From assembly GCA_021817945.1 (NCBI GenBank), contig JAKAFL010000016.1:429-64428 (forward strand): a DNA stretch of 64,000 nucleotides. The letters are read 5' to 3'. Below, piece by piece: positions 19,713 through 29,400 of this stretch. The first letter of the stretch is position 1, and the number at the start of each line of letters is the position of its first letter. Source of the DNA: a bacterium. Its GTDB lineage: Bacteria; Verrucomicrobiota; Verrucomicrobiia; Limisphaerales; UBA11358. A program made the translations under genes and the position numbers. The notes below the pieces were generated by a model that worked only from the letters and a program-made list of their open reading frames with translations, was not told where the DNA came from and searched no databases.

Positions 19713-19787
19713 GTCAAGTGCGTTGTGTTTCTTAATTAAAACACCAGTTGTTTCGTCGGCTCTTGCTCTCTTTCCTTACAGTTTAAA

Positions 19788-20405
19788 TTACCGCCCTTGG
19801 AACCAGCTTTTTTCAAGACATTGCCTTAGCGCCATTCGGGCGCGGTGCAACATCACCCAAAGGTTGCCCTCGGAGATGTGGAGGTTTTCGCAGATGGACC
19901 GGGATGAAAGGTCGTCCACCTCCCGCATGTGGAAAACGGCTGCCACGTTTTTTGGAAGCCTGCCCGCACACTCACGGTAGGTTTTCCAAAAAATGGGTTC
20001 ATCGGCTTTTTCCACCTCTGCCTCCCAAGCCCCGGGTGCATGGCCTTTTTGCCAGGTCTCACCCATTAATCCCCTGGTAATGAATTGTTCCTGCTCCTCT
20101 TCGTCAAAAAATTGGAGGTCGGTGAAGGATTGTTCCCGGCTGGACCGTCGAAAATGATCGTAGATTTTATTTTTCAGGATGCCGGTGAGCCAGCTTCTTT
20201 CCCTGGCGCGCCCGGCGAACTGTTCCGCCCCCTTTAATGCCGCCAGAAAGGTTTCCTGAACCATGTCCTCCGCCAGGGTGGCATTGCGCAGCCTGCCCAG
20301 GGCGAAATGAAACAGGTAGTCACCATGCGCATCCACCCAATACTCGGGATCCACTTTTGCTGGAATGGCGGGATCGTTTTCACGGGTTGGCGGCTCTTGC
20401 GACAT
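19788..20405 (-). CDS. RNA polymerase sigma-70 factor, ECF subfamily
   Basis: Sigma-70 region 2 (DMVQETFLAALKGAEQF...SWLTGILKNKIYDHFRR) and region 4 (VFHMREVDDLSSRSICENLHISEGNLWVMLHRARMALRQCL) are both recognisable. Confidence 0.85.
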   Translation of the reverse strand: MSQEPPTRENDPAIPAKVDPEYWVDAHGDYLFHFALGRLRNATLAEDMVQETFLAALKGAEQFAGRARERSWLTGILKNKIYDHFRRSSREQSFTDLQFFDEEEQEQFITRGLMGETWQKGHAPGAWEAEVEKADEPIFWKTYRECAGRLPKNVAAVFHMREVDDLSSRSICENLHISEGNLWVMLHRARMALRQCLEKSWFQGR

Positions 20406-20699
20406 GCGAGAGGATTGATGACAGAATCATTTCATCAAAGCAAGTCCAACCCGGCATCAGTCCCGGCCTGGAAGTGGTCCTTTATTTTCAGTTCCGTGTT
20501 GCCCTGGAAATTGGCGGGCAGGGGTGGCTTCGGGAGTGTGCGCAAGTGGCTGGCGGAACGAGAGGTCCAGAGGCACCAGGTTGTTTTATGGATATGAAAA
20601 TGGTGACTGACGCTTGACGCGCAAAATTATTCAAAACCCACCTCACACCCATGGCCTTTACTCCATCCTTCTCAAATTTTTGATAAAGGGATCGCCTTG

Positions 20700-20740
20700 C
20701 GCTGAAAGCAAACGGCGCATTCCATGCTGGAATGCGCCGT
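20700..20740 (-). terminator. Intrinsic terminator downstream of pilQ
   Basis: A perfect 13-bp stem (acggcgcattcca / tggaatgcgccgt) with a 3-nt loop lies at 20712-20740. On the minus strand it is followed by ttgctttc. It sits 37 nt after the pilQ stop. Confidence 0.6.
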
Positions 20741-20776
20741 GTTCAACCCCGTGGGGCTGGAGTAATATTTTGTTTT

Positions 20777-22597
20777 TTACTGAACCGATTTTTCGTCAAT
20801 GATGGCCTGCGCCGGGTCGGTGTTTGTAGGATTGCTCCAGTTATAAGGATGGCTGCCGTCCCAAAGGTTGTTGGGATCCACCATGGTGGGCCGTTTGGTG
20901 GCGGGCGTATCGAGGAACTGGGTTTCGCTGGATTGGAAATTATCATCCTTCACGATGGTGGGGGTGATGAAAATCAAGAGGTTGTCCTTGGTGGTGGTCT
21001 TGGTTTCGCTGCGGAACAAATAACCCAGGCCAGGGAGGTCTCCCAGCATGGGGACCTTGGTGCTGGTGGAGATGGGGTTGTCCTGAACCAGGCCGCCCAT
21101 GACCAGGGTGTGGGCATTGGGAATCAAGACCTGAGTGTCAAAGGTGCGAAAATCGAACAAATCGGCCTGGTAAGTTTGGCCTGCAACGGTCTGGCTTTGA
21201 ATGCCGGCGAAGCTGGAGACCTGGGGTTGAACCCTCAGCCAGATGCGGTCGTTGGCGGAAATACGGGGAGTCACGTTAAGGACGGTACCCACGTTGGTGT
21301 AGGTGACGGTGGATCCACCGGTGGTGTTGGCGGTGCCAGCGGTGACCTGAAACACGGGATAGGTGCGGATGACGCTGATTTGAGCGCTTTGATTGTCCAA
21401 AGTAACCACTCGGGGCGTGGACATTATTTGCGCATCCTCGGAGGAATTCAAGAAGGAGAGGACCACGTTCAATCCATCGGCATTCAGGAATCCTTCGGGA
21501 CCAAACCCGCCGGTTGTTGCTCCTATCAAGCCCGGATTAGCCAGAACTCCGCTCACAATGCCGGGTTGTGCGGGTTGGGCCCCACTGATGGTTGTCACCC
21601 CATTCACGGTGGTGGCGGTGCCGGGTGTGGGCGCGGTGGGTTGGACAATATATGTGGAATTATTGCCGAATGAAACGTGCTGCGCCTGGAGGGTGCCAGT
21701 CCAGTCAATGCCCTTCTGGCTCGTCGGGTTGCTGGAAATTTCCACAAGTTTGGTCTCGATAAGCACTTGTTTGGTGACAGTGTCCAGCTTGTTCACTAAA
21801 ATTTCAGCCGCATCCTGCTCTGGCTCCGTAGCCACGATCACCAACTGGCTGGTGCGGATGTCCGGAATCACCTTGCTGCGCTTGTCAGTGAGGGTGGAGA
21901 CCACTGCCGTGACCATGTTGGAGACGCTGGCGTATTTCAACTGCACAACGCGTGTTTCCAAGGGCGGAGGGGCGCTGGGATCCTTGATGGTGATGCGGGC
22001 AATGCCTGTTTGCTGGTCATTGACCATCTGGAGCCCGTAGTTGTCCAGCAAGGCCAGGAGCGCTTTTTCTGCGGTGATGTTTTCCCAGCGAATGGAGAGC
22101 GTGGGCTCTGCTTTCACCTGACCGCTGGCATCGGGCTGTCCGTAGGCGATTTTTGGATCCAGCATGTAATTGATGTTGGCCTGGCGCGCAAGGTTTTCAA
22201 TGGCGGTGGTCAAGCTGACATCGGAGAACTGGATCAAAGGGATGTTGGCCGCCTTGGCGGTTGAAGGTTCAGCCGGGGGCGGGGAGGCCACCTGTACAGC
22301 CGGAGCTTCCACAGGTGCTGGCGAGGCATTGGTGGCGGGGGATGCCTCTGCCACGGCGTTGGTGGCCGGGGCCGGTTCAGCCATTGCGGACCCGCTGGCT
22401 GTTTGAACTGCGGCTGGGGCATTTGTAACCACTGTTGCAGGGGTGTTTTGCGCGTTTTCACCCTGCAACAAAGCTGTGCGGGCTGCCGCCTGTGCAGCAT
22501 TATCCTGCACGCTGTTGGTGGCCGTGGTGGTTTGTGCCTGGGTTGCCATGGCTCCAGCCAGGCTGGCCATGCAGAGTAGGTTTCTGAGTTTGATCAT
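20777..22597 (-). CDS. pilQ: Type IV pilus / type II secretion-family secretin (PilQ-like)
   Basis: The C-terminal secretin domain is clear (VLIPNAHTLVMGGLVQDNPISTSTKVPMLGDLPGLGYLFRSETKTTTKDNLLIFITPTIV). An N0/STN-like segment (IPLIQFSDVSLTTAIENLARQANINYMLD) is present. The signal peptide MIKLRNLLCMASLAGAMATQAQ starts at 22597. The tracked ORF extension to 23044 overlaps the upstream gene. Confidence 0.85.
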   Translation of the reverse strand: MIKLRNLLCMASLAGAMATQAQTTTATNSVQDNAAQAAARTALLQGENAQNTPATVVTNAPAAVQTASGSAMAEPAPATNAVAEASPATNASPAPVEAPAVQVASPPPAEPSTAKAANIPLIQFSDVSLTTAIENLARQANINYMLDPKIAYGQPDASGQVKAEPTLSIRWENITAEKALLALLDNYGLQMVNDQQTGIARITIKDPSAPPPLETRVVQLKYASVSNMVTAVVSTLTDKRSKVIPDIRTSQLVIVATEPEQDAAEILVNKLDTVTKQVLIETKLVEISSNPTSQKGIDWTGTLQAQHVSFGNNSTYIVQPTAPTPGTATTVNGVTTISGAQPAQPGIVSGVLANPGLIGATTGGFGPEGFLNADGLNVVLSFLNSSEDAQIMSTPRVVTLDNQSAQISVIRTYPVFQVTAGTANTTGGSTVTYTNVGTVLNVTPRISANDRIWLRVQPQVSSFAGIQSQTVAGQTYQADLFDFRTFDTQVLIPNAHTLVMGGLVQDNPISTSTKVPMLGDLPGLGYLFRSETKTTTKDNLLIFITPTIVKDDNFQSSETQFLDTPATKRPTMVDPNNLWDGSHPYNWSNPTNTDPAQAIIDEKSVQ

Positions 22598-22674
22598 AAA
22601 AGGAATGCTGTGGCGGTTTTGTTCCATACGGATGTGAACTGGCATTGAAATTGACGGGTCCTGGTTTGTTGTTT

Positions 22675-23103
22675 TCATTGGGAGCTGAAACTCAATTCGC
22701 GGCGTTGGTGGTCCGCCTCCACGATGACGCTGTTTTGGGAGATGGTCACGCAGCGGATATGCACCCGTCCAGTGGGTGTGTTGACATCGCCCTCGTCTCC
22801 CTCGGCAAAGGAATGATTGTTGATAATGACCGTCCGGTCGCCAAGGTAGCCTGAGAATCCCCTGACTGTGAGGCTGGCCATGGACCCCGCATGATGAACC
22901 TCCACCACGTTGGCGTACGGCCGGGTGGATTCGGGAAAAAATGGATCGCGCCCCTGGCTGGGGTTGGCGGGCAACAAAAAGGTGGAGACAGGCGGTGGGG
23001 CGGTTTTGTGATCGCCCTCTGGTTTGGCCGCCTGCGCCAGGCACACTGCGCCCATCAGCGAGGCGTGGACTGCAATAAGTTTATAAAAGGAATTCATGGT
23101 CAT
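22675..23103 (-). CDS. pilP: PilP-like pilus assembly protein
   Basis: It has a signal peptide, an RDPFFP motif and a C-terminal beta domain (LTVRGFSG...TVIINNHSFAEGDEG...VHIRCVTISQNSVIVE). It sits between the pilO-like and pilQ genes. Confidence 0.55.
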   Translation of the reverse strand: MTMNSFYKLIAVHASLMGAVCLAQAAKPEGDHKTAPPPVSTFLLPANPSQGRDPFFPESTRPYANVVEVHHAGSMASLTVRGFSGYLGDRTVIINNHSFAEGDEGDVNTPTGRVHIRCVTISQNSVIVEADHQRRELSFSSQ

Positions 23104-23117
23104 TCAACCGTTTTTGT

Positions 23118-23690
23118 TCAGCTTGTCGGTTTCACCAGGGCGACCACATCAAAGTGAAAACTGAGGAGTTCTGAGGAGGTTGTGCCTGAATCGCTGGAGG
23201 CTATCGCCAGGTTTTCAATCCGAATATGCGGAAAGGTGTTTTCAAAATCGGCCACGAATTTGCCTATATCATGAAAATAGCCGGAGCCATAAATAGACAA
23301 CCGAACCTGTTTGTAGGGGAAGTTTGGAAACATGTCCATTTCGCCCAAGACGGGTTGCCCGATATTGGGAATGTCCACGTGATACCCAACCTTGAAATGG
23401 TGAATGGTATCGTAAATCCATGCGTAGGCGTCGCCAGACGCGACATCCTTTTCCTGGTGTTCCAAGTCCGCTGAGACTTGCGCCAGAACATTCGAATCAT
23501 TCAGCGCTTCGCGGATGGTCTGATGGTATTTTTCCAGGCTGGCCTGTTGGTCATTCGCCTGCTGGAGGAGATGCCGGTTGTCGTTTTGCTGTGGTTGGAT
23601 CAGGCCGAAATACACGCCCGCCAACAGTATGAGCGTGCCCACGGCCACAAGAATCAACTGGTTACGCTTGGCTGCAGGAAGTTTTTTCAT
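23118..23690 (-). CDS. pilO: PilO-like pilus assembly protein
   Basis: It has a single N-terminal TM helix (LILVAVGTLILLAGVYFGLI), then a coiled-coil region and an alpha/beta domain. It overlaps pilN by 4 nt, and the operon position fits PilO. Confidence 0.55.
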   Translation of the reverse strand: MKKLPAAKRNQLILVAVGTLILLAGVYFGLIQPQQNDNRHLLQQANDQQASLEKYHQTIREALNDSNVLAQVSADLEHQEKDVASGDAYAWIYDTIHHFKVGYHVDIPNIGQPVLGEMDMFPNFPYKQVRLSIYGSGYFHDIGKFVADFENTFPHIRIENLAIASSDSGTTSSELLSFHFDVVALVKPTS

Positions 23691-24325
23691 CGGCTTAGAT
23701 CATTAAAACGGCAAGTGAGCGAAAACAAAACATAAGCCGTCCCCGCTGGCGTGGTCTGCGGCGAGGAAAGGCTGGACAGGGTCAGGCCATCCGTATCCGA
23801 GAGTTGCGACTTGAAAAATCCCAACTGGGTAATGGCATCTTTGAACTGATTAACCCTGTCGCCCGGGTTGGGACTCGAGTCACACGCATCCAAAGTCACC
23901 TGGGTGGAAGCCGTGATGCCGGTGGTTTTGCCAGCCGTTCCTGTGGGCGTATAATGTTGGGACACCTCAAGTCTCATGAGATTCACGTTGGACACGTAGA
24001 GCGTTTGCAGCGCATTCAGCAGGTTTCCCTGCAGGAACCGTGCCGAGTTCAGCTTGTCCAGCATTTTCAGGCGGTTTTGTTGGGAATGGAGGGTCTGAAG
24101 CGTGGCCAGGGCTTTTTTATAGTCATCTGCGCGGCTTTGGGCTTCAGATTGGATTTTGGATAGATTGCTTTTGGCGACAATATGACCCAAAAAAATTGAG
24201 CTGTACCAGACCAGCATCAGGGCCACCAACAAAGCCCCCACATAAATGGCGCGTTTTACCGGGTCGCGCTTGCGGAGTTCCTGCTCGGCCAGCACATCAC
24301 TCAATAAATTGATTCTTATGGGCAT
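23687..24325 (-). CDS. pilN: PilN-like fimbrial assembly protein
   Basis: The N-terminal INLL motif (MPIRINLLSDVL) is followed by a TM helix (AIYVGALLVALMLVWYSSIFLG), which is the typical PilN architecture. Confidence 0.65.
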   Translation of the reverse strand: MPIRINLLSDVLAEQELRKRDPVKRAIYVGALLVALMLVWYSSIFLGHIVAKSNLSKIQSEAQSRADDYKKALATLQTLHSQQNRLKMLDKLNSARFLQGNLLNALQTLYVSNVNLMRLEVSQHYTPTGTAGKTTGITASTQVTLDACDSSPNPGDRVNQFKDAITQLGFFKSQLSDTDGLTLSSLSSPQTTPAGTAYVLFSLTCRFNDLSR

Positions 24326-24329
24326 AACT

Positions 24330-25406
24330 TCAAATGATGGCCAAAGCGGCGCCTATGGCGGTGGTCAATTGGGTTCCGATATGATCAAATTCCACGGCTT
24401 GCTGGCCAGACAAGGCCAGTTGCAAGAATGCGCTGGAATTCCATGTCTTGCATTCCAGGAGCAGCTCGGAATGGAGCATTTCCATGATCATTTCCGAGCG
24501 TGAAGAACCGCCGCTGACATAAACTTGGGATACCGCACAGTCTTCCTGGTGCTCGAAAAAGTCGAGTGAGGCGCGGATTTCCCGCCCAAGCGGGGCCACA
24601 TGCATTTGCAGCGCCGATTCCACCTCCGGTGCCATGCCTACCTTGATTCCCTCAGCCTCTGCATGGCTGATGTTTAAGGTCTGAGCGAGACCGTCCGTGA
24701 GTTGGTCTCCTCCCAGGTTGACCATTCTGTTCAGGGCCAGTTCACCCTTGCTGAGAATATTTACGGAGGTTTTTTTAAATCCGATATCCACCAACGCCAC
24801 CGTTTCTTTCTGGTAAATTTCAGGCATGGATTGCTCGAAATGATTAATGGGACCCAACAAACCGGGAACGAGCCCCTCCGCTGTCAGCCCAGCACTGGAG
24901 GCGGCTTCCACAAAGTCAGCCACGTTTTTCTGGCGTGTGGCTGCAGCCAGGACCTTGAGTTTGGGGACCCCGTTGGCACGGGAGGGATCCGCCGGTTTGT
25001 CTGCGCGCGGAGGCATGATATAGCAGTCAAAAGTGTGTTGCGGCAGTTCCTGTTGCAGGTAGTTTTTGTGGTTTATCCGCAAAATCTGGCGCATTTCATC
25101 CAACGGAATCTGGGGTAATTCGACCTGGCGGACCACGGAATCTTCCACCCCCATTGCCAGGGTCAAATACCTCACCGGATTATCCAGGGCGGCGGCTACC
25201 GCCTTCAAATGTTCGCCCAGCAATTCGGCGGACATTCTTTTATCGAAAATGGGCGCGTCCAGAATGGCGTATTTGCTCAGGAAAAGAGTTTGGCCGCGGC
25301 GTTCCAGCAAAACAGCCTTGGTCGTCCTGCTGCCAAGATCCACGGCAATCATCTGTGATCGCCTTTTAAGCTCTCCGCGTTTTAAAAATGGCAGTTTCAA
25401 GGCCAT
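24330..25406 (-). CDS. pilM: Type IV pilus assembly ATPase-fold protein PilM
   Basis: An actin-like fold is indicated by IAVDLGSRTTKAVLLERRG, ALVDIGFKKTSVNIL and VYVSGGSSRS. The plausible start is the ATG at 25406 (MALKLPFLKRG). The tracked extension to 25655 has a non-protein-like composition. Confidence 0.8.
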   Translation of the reverse strand: MALKLPFLKRGELKRRSQMIAVDLGSRTTKAVLLERRGQTLFLSKYAILDAPIFDKRMSAELLGEHLKAVAAALDNPVRYLTLAMGVEDSVVRQVELPQIPLDEMRQILRINHKNYLQQELPQHTFDCYIMPPRADKPADPSRANGVPKLKVLAAATRQKNVADFVEAASSAGLTAEGLVPGLLGPINHFEQSMPEIYQKETVALVDIGFKKTSVNILSKGELALNRMVNLGGDQLTDGLAQTLNISHAEAEGIKVGMAPEVESALQMHVAPLGREIRASLDFFEHQEDCAVSQVYVSGGSSRSEMIMEMLHSELLLECKTWNSSAFLQLALSGQQAVEFDHIGTQLTTAIGAALAII

Positions 25407-25952
25407 GCTGTTGTATTGTTGTTGTTGTCTGATCCAGTCCAATTTAAGACTGGCAACCTCGCTAAAGCAGGTGCTGCGCCAAAATCCAGCGAAACAACCT
25501 CCTCTACCTGGGAATCTTATTCCGTGTCTGAACTCCAGTCTTCCATGTCCCGAAAATGTGCGCCTGCCCGGCCAACAGGGGCTATGCTGATTTTTGCCTG
25601 TCCCAAAATGCGTACGGGCCGGGTGTTTTTTTGCCATGCAAAAACCAGGTCGCAAAGGTTTCGAGGCCTTGCGCCAAGTTGTTTTGGCACTGAACGGCCA
25701 TCTTGGCGGGCATTAACCCAGAATAGAATTGCTGGCATTATTAAACCGTTTGAGGAAGTCGGAAGTTGGCGGTTTTCTCCAGCAACACTCTGCGCAGAGG
25801 ATGTGCGCCAGTCCAAAAGCGGCACGTGGATTCTGTTTTTGAATAAAAGGCCGGATGGCCGGGAGCGGCGAAGGGGGAAAATTTATTGACTCTATGGAAT
25901 TACCAAGGCAGGGCAGGGGCGCGGTCCCGTGACCTCCTCTTGGAAGAAGGTT

Positions 25953-26348
25953 TCATGCCTTTGAGGCTTCGGTAAGAACCTCGCGAATTGCCCCAAGCAT
26001 GTCATCTGGAGTGCATAATCCCTTGATCAAGCGCCGATGTGCGGTTTCCAATATGGGTTCGCCATCTGAGTCAATGATGGAGTTGCTGGAGAGGACGATG
26101 ACTGGTTTGTCTTTTAGTTTGGGATTGCTTCGAATGAACCCCATGATCTCCACGCCATTAAACTTGGGCATGAGCAAGTCCAAAATAATGACATCTGGCG
26201 GACGCAATGCCATGCACCGCATGGCCTCCAACCCATCGGAGGCAGGTTGAACTTCATAACCTTCCTGAATCAAGCGCGTGCGGTAGGCCATGATCAATAC
26301 GGGATCGTCATCCACAAATAATATGAGCTTTGTCTCCGAGGCTGTCAT
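25953..26348 (-). CDS. Single-domain response regulator (CheY-like receiver)
   Basis: The motifs ILFVDDDP and DVIILDLLMP (phospho-acceptor Asp) and VIVLSS are present. At 131 aa there is no output domain. Confidence 0.85.
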   Translation of the reverse strand: MTASETKLILFVDDDPVLIMAYRTRLIQEGYEVQPASDGLEAMRCMALRPPDVIILDLLMPKFNGVEIMGFIRSNPKLKDKPVIVLSSNSIIDSDGEPILETAHRRLIKGLCTPDDMLGAIREVLTEASKA

Positions 26349-26492
26349 GATTCAATCATCTTATGGGACTACTCTAGCAATGAGGGTGCCAAAAGCAATC
26401 CTTTCGATGATTTCTGGCGGGTCATTTGCAGGGTTTGGGCTTCCGTTCAAATTCCGTTTCATAATTGCCTGTCCAAATGCTAGTGTCAGGCG

Positions 26493-29400
26493 ATGAGTGA
26501 ATCTGAAGCCGAGGATAAAAAGATGAGGGGCTTTTGGTTCCTCATCCTGACTCAGTTCCAGGGGGCTTTCAGTGATAATACCCTCAAATGGCTCACCACG
26601 TTTTTGATCACACGGGAAATCATCAACCCGGCGAGGCAAAACCATTTGATGACCGTGGTAACGGTTTTATTCACGCTGCCATTCTGTCTTTTTTCCATGG
26701 CAGGAGGCTACCTGGCGGATCGTTTCAGCAAGCGCCGGGTCATCCTTTCGGTCAAGCTGTTTGAGATCATGGTCATGAGCCTGGCTTGCTACGGTTTGTG
26801 GGTGCAAAAGTTGAAGGTCACCATTTTTTGCGTGCTTCTTATGGGGCTGCACAGCGCCATTTTCGGCCCATCCAAATATTCCATCCTTCCTGAATTGTTG
26901 CCTGAGAAAAAACTTTCCTGGGGGAACGGGATTCTGGAGTTTGGAACCTTCATCGCCATCATCAGCGGCACTGTGGCGGGAGGGTTGCTGTGCACGCATT
27001 TTGCGGCCAATCCCGTGTGGTCCGGGGTTCTCCTTGCGGCGCTGGCCTGCTTGGGGTTGGCCAGTGCGGCCATGATCACTCCCTTGCCGGCGGCCAATCC
27101 CAACAAGGCTTTTTGTTGGAACCCATTTGCCGACGCTTGGGCCAACCTGAAATGGATCAAGTCCGACAGGGCTTTGTGCCTGGCGCTGGTTGGATACGCC
27201 TACTTTTTTGCCATCGCCGCCCTCATTCAACTGGTCATTGTCATTTATGCGAGGGATGCCTTGGATTTGAATGACCCGATAGCCACCAGTTACTTGCAGG
27301 CTGCCACAGCGATTGGCATTGGCGTGGGCTGCCTCCTGGCAGGCTTTTTATCTGGCGGCAAAATTGAAACTGGACTAATGCCGCTGGGAGGTTTGGGTTT
27401 GACAGCCTGCGCATTTGCGCTGGGCTTAAGCCCGGGTTCCTTTGCGCTGACGGCTTTGAAGTTGTCCTTGCTGGGTTTTTTTGGCGGGTTTTACGTTGTG
27501 CCTGTCTCAGCGATGTTGCAGCACCGGCCCCATTCGGACCGCAAGGGCGGGGTCCAGGGAGTTGCCAACCTGGCTTCATGGGCTTGCATCGGTTTTTCTG
27601 CGCTGGTGTTTTCCGTTTTATCCACCGTTTTCAAGCTCACTCCACCCGAAATTTTCACGATGATTGGCTTGGCCACCTTGACCGCCACCGTGGGGCTTTT
27701 AATCCTGGCGCCAGAAACCGCTTTGCGAATGGTCCTCTGGTTCGTGACTCATTCCCTGTGCCGGGTCACGGTCATGGGTCGGGATCAAATCCCGGAAACT
27801 GGCGGCGCGCTTTTTGTGTCCAATCGTCTCTCAATGGCAGGCGTCCTGGCTCTATCGGCTTCGACGGACCGGGCCATCCGTTTTTTAATGGCAGAGCCTT
27901 CGGGCCAGTCGGTCTGCCATCGTTTTCTAAACCGCATCTTGAAGGTCATACAGATTCCGCCCGGCGCTGGCACGACGGCGAGATGCCTTTGCACCGCAAA
28001 AGAGGCGGTGGAAAATGGAGAGGTGGTTTGCATTTTTGCAGAGGGAATTGTGCTGGAATCAGGTGGGGTGATCTCTTTACAAGCCGGGCTTGTGCAAATC
28101 ATGTCCGGCTTGCAAGCCCCCATTGTGCCGGTGGCTTTGGATGGATTGCTGCCAGGAGCCGGTCATTCGGGGCGTCAGGGAATCCTGGGGGGGGTTCCAA
28201 GGCGCTTGCCTGTGCGGCTGAGGATTCTGTTTGGACCCTCAATGCCTTCGAACAGCTCCGCGGCAATGATTCGGAAGGCAAACCAGGAACTTTTGGAGAA
28301 AGCCTGGCCCCTGCGCCGTGGATTCATGAGGCCCTTGCCTCATGAATTCATTCGCATGGCACGGCGTCATCCGCGCCGGTTTTGCATGGCCGATTCCATG
28401 AGTGGCAGCATGGGATTTTTTCAGGCACTGTTGAAAACGGTTTTTTTAGCCAAAAGGCTGAAGGAACCTTGGAAGGGGCAGAGGTTTGTGGGTATCTGCC
28501 TGCCTCCATCCATTCCAGCGGCCCTGGCCAACCACGCCGCCCACCTCTGCGGCAAAGTTCCGGTGAATTTAAACTATACCCTCTCGCCCGTTGCACTTCA
28601 GGCATGCGCGCACAAAGGCGGTATTCAAACCATTCTTACTTCGAAACGGTTTTTAGAGAAAATCGGAATGGTTTTGCCCGGGCGTTTGTTGTTCATCGAG
28701 GACATCGCCCGGGATCCACGCGTTTTGGAGAAAGGACTGGCGTTCCTCATGGCCGCCTTCGCCCCACAGAGGTGCCTGGGTTGGTATGTCGGTGTTCGTC
28801 ATCCGGCGGGTTTGGACGATGCGGCCACCGTGATTTTTTCCAGTGGAAGCACCGGAGACCCCAAGGGTGTGCCGCTATCCCACTACAACCTCCTTTCCAA
28901 CATCTCCCAGATGGAACAGGTCCTGGACGTGTCTGATGTCACACGGTTCCTGGGAATTCTGCCGTTATTTCATTCTTTTGGCTTTACGGTCACTTTGTGC
29001 CTGCCATCAGTTTGTGGCGTGGGTGTGGCGTTTCACCCCAATCCATTGGATGCTCGATCCATCGGCTGCCTGGTGCTGCGGCAAAAAGTGAACATCATTC
29101 TGGCGACTCCCGGGTTTCTGCAGATTTATTTGCGCCAACTTCCTGCCTCGGATTTTGCAGCGGTCCGACAGGTGATTGCCGGTGGCGAAAAACTTCCTGA
29201 AACATTGGCCGAGGCTTTTGAAAAACATTTTGGAATCAGGCCCCAGGAGGGTTATGGAGCCACGGAATGCGGCCCCGCTGTGGCGGTGAACATGATGAAT
29301 CCCCACGATCCTGCATGGATCCAGGTCAATGGGAAACGGGGCAAAGTAGGGCGCATCCTGCCGGGAATGGCGGCCAGACTTGCAGATCCGGATAATCCAT

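Noticed and set aside
20732-21673. 313-aa ORF on the plus strand
   Set aside because: It lies entirely antisense to the well-supported pilQ secretin gene. It has a Gly/Val/Asp-rich low-complexity translation, typical of a shadow ORF in GC-rich coding DNA.
22598-23044. N-terminal extension of the tracked pilQ ORF (755 aa version)
   Set aside because: The extension overlaps the pilP-like gene in another frame and is Arg/Gly/Pro-rich. A good signal peptide starts at the internal ATG at 22597.
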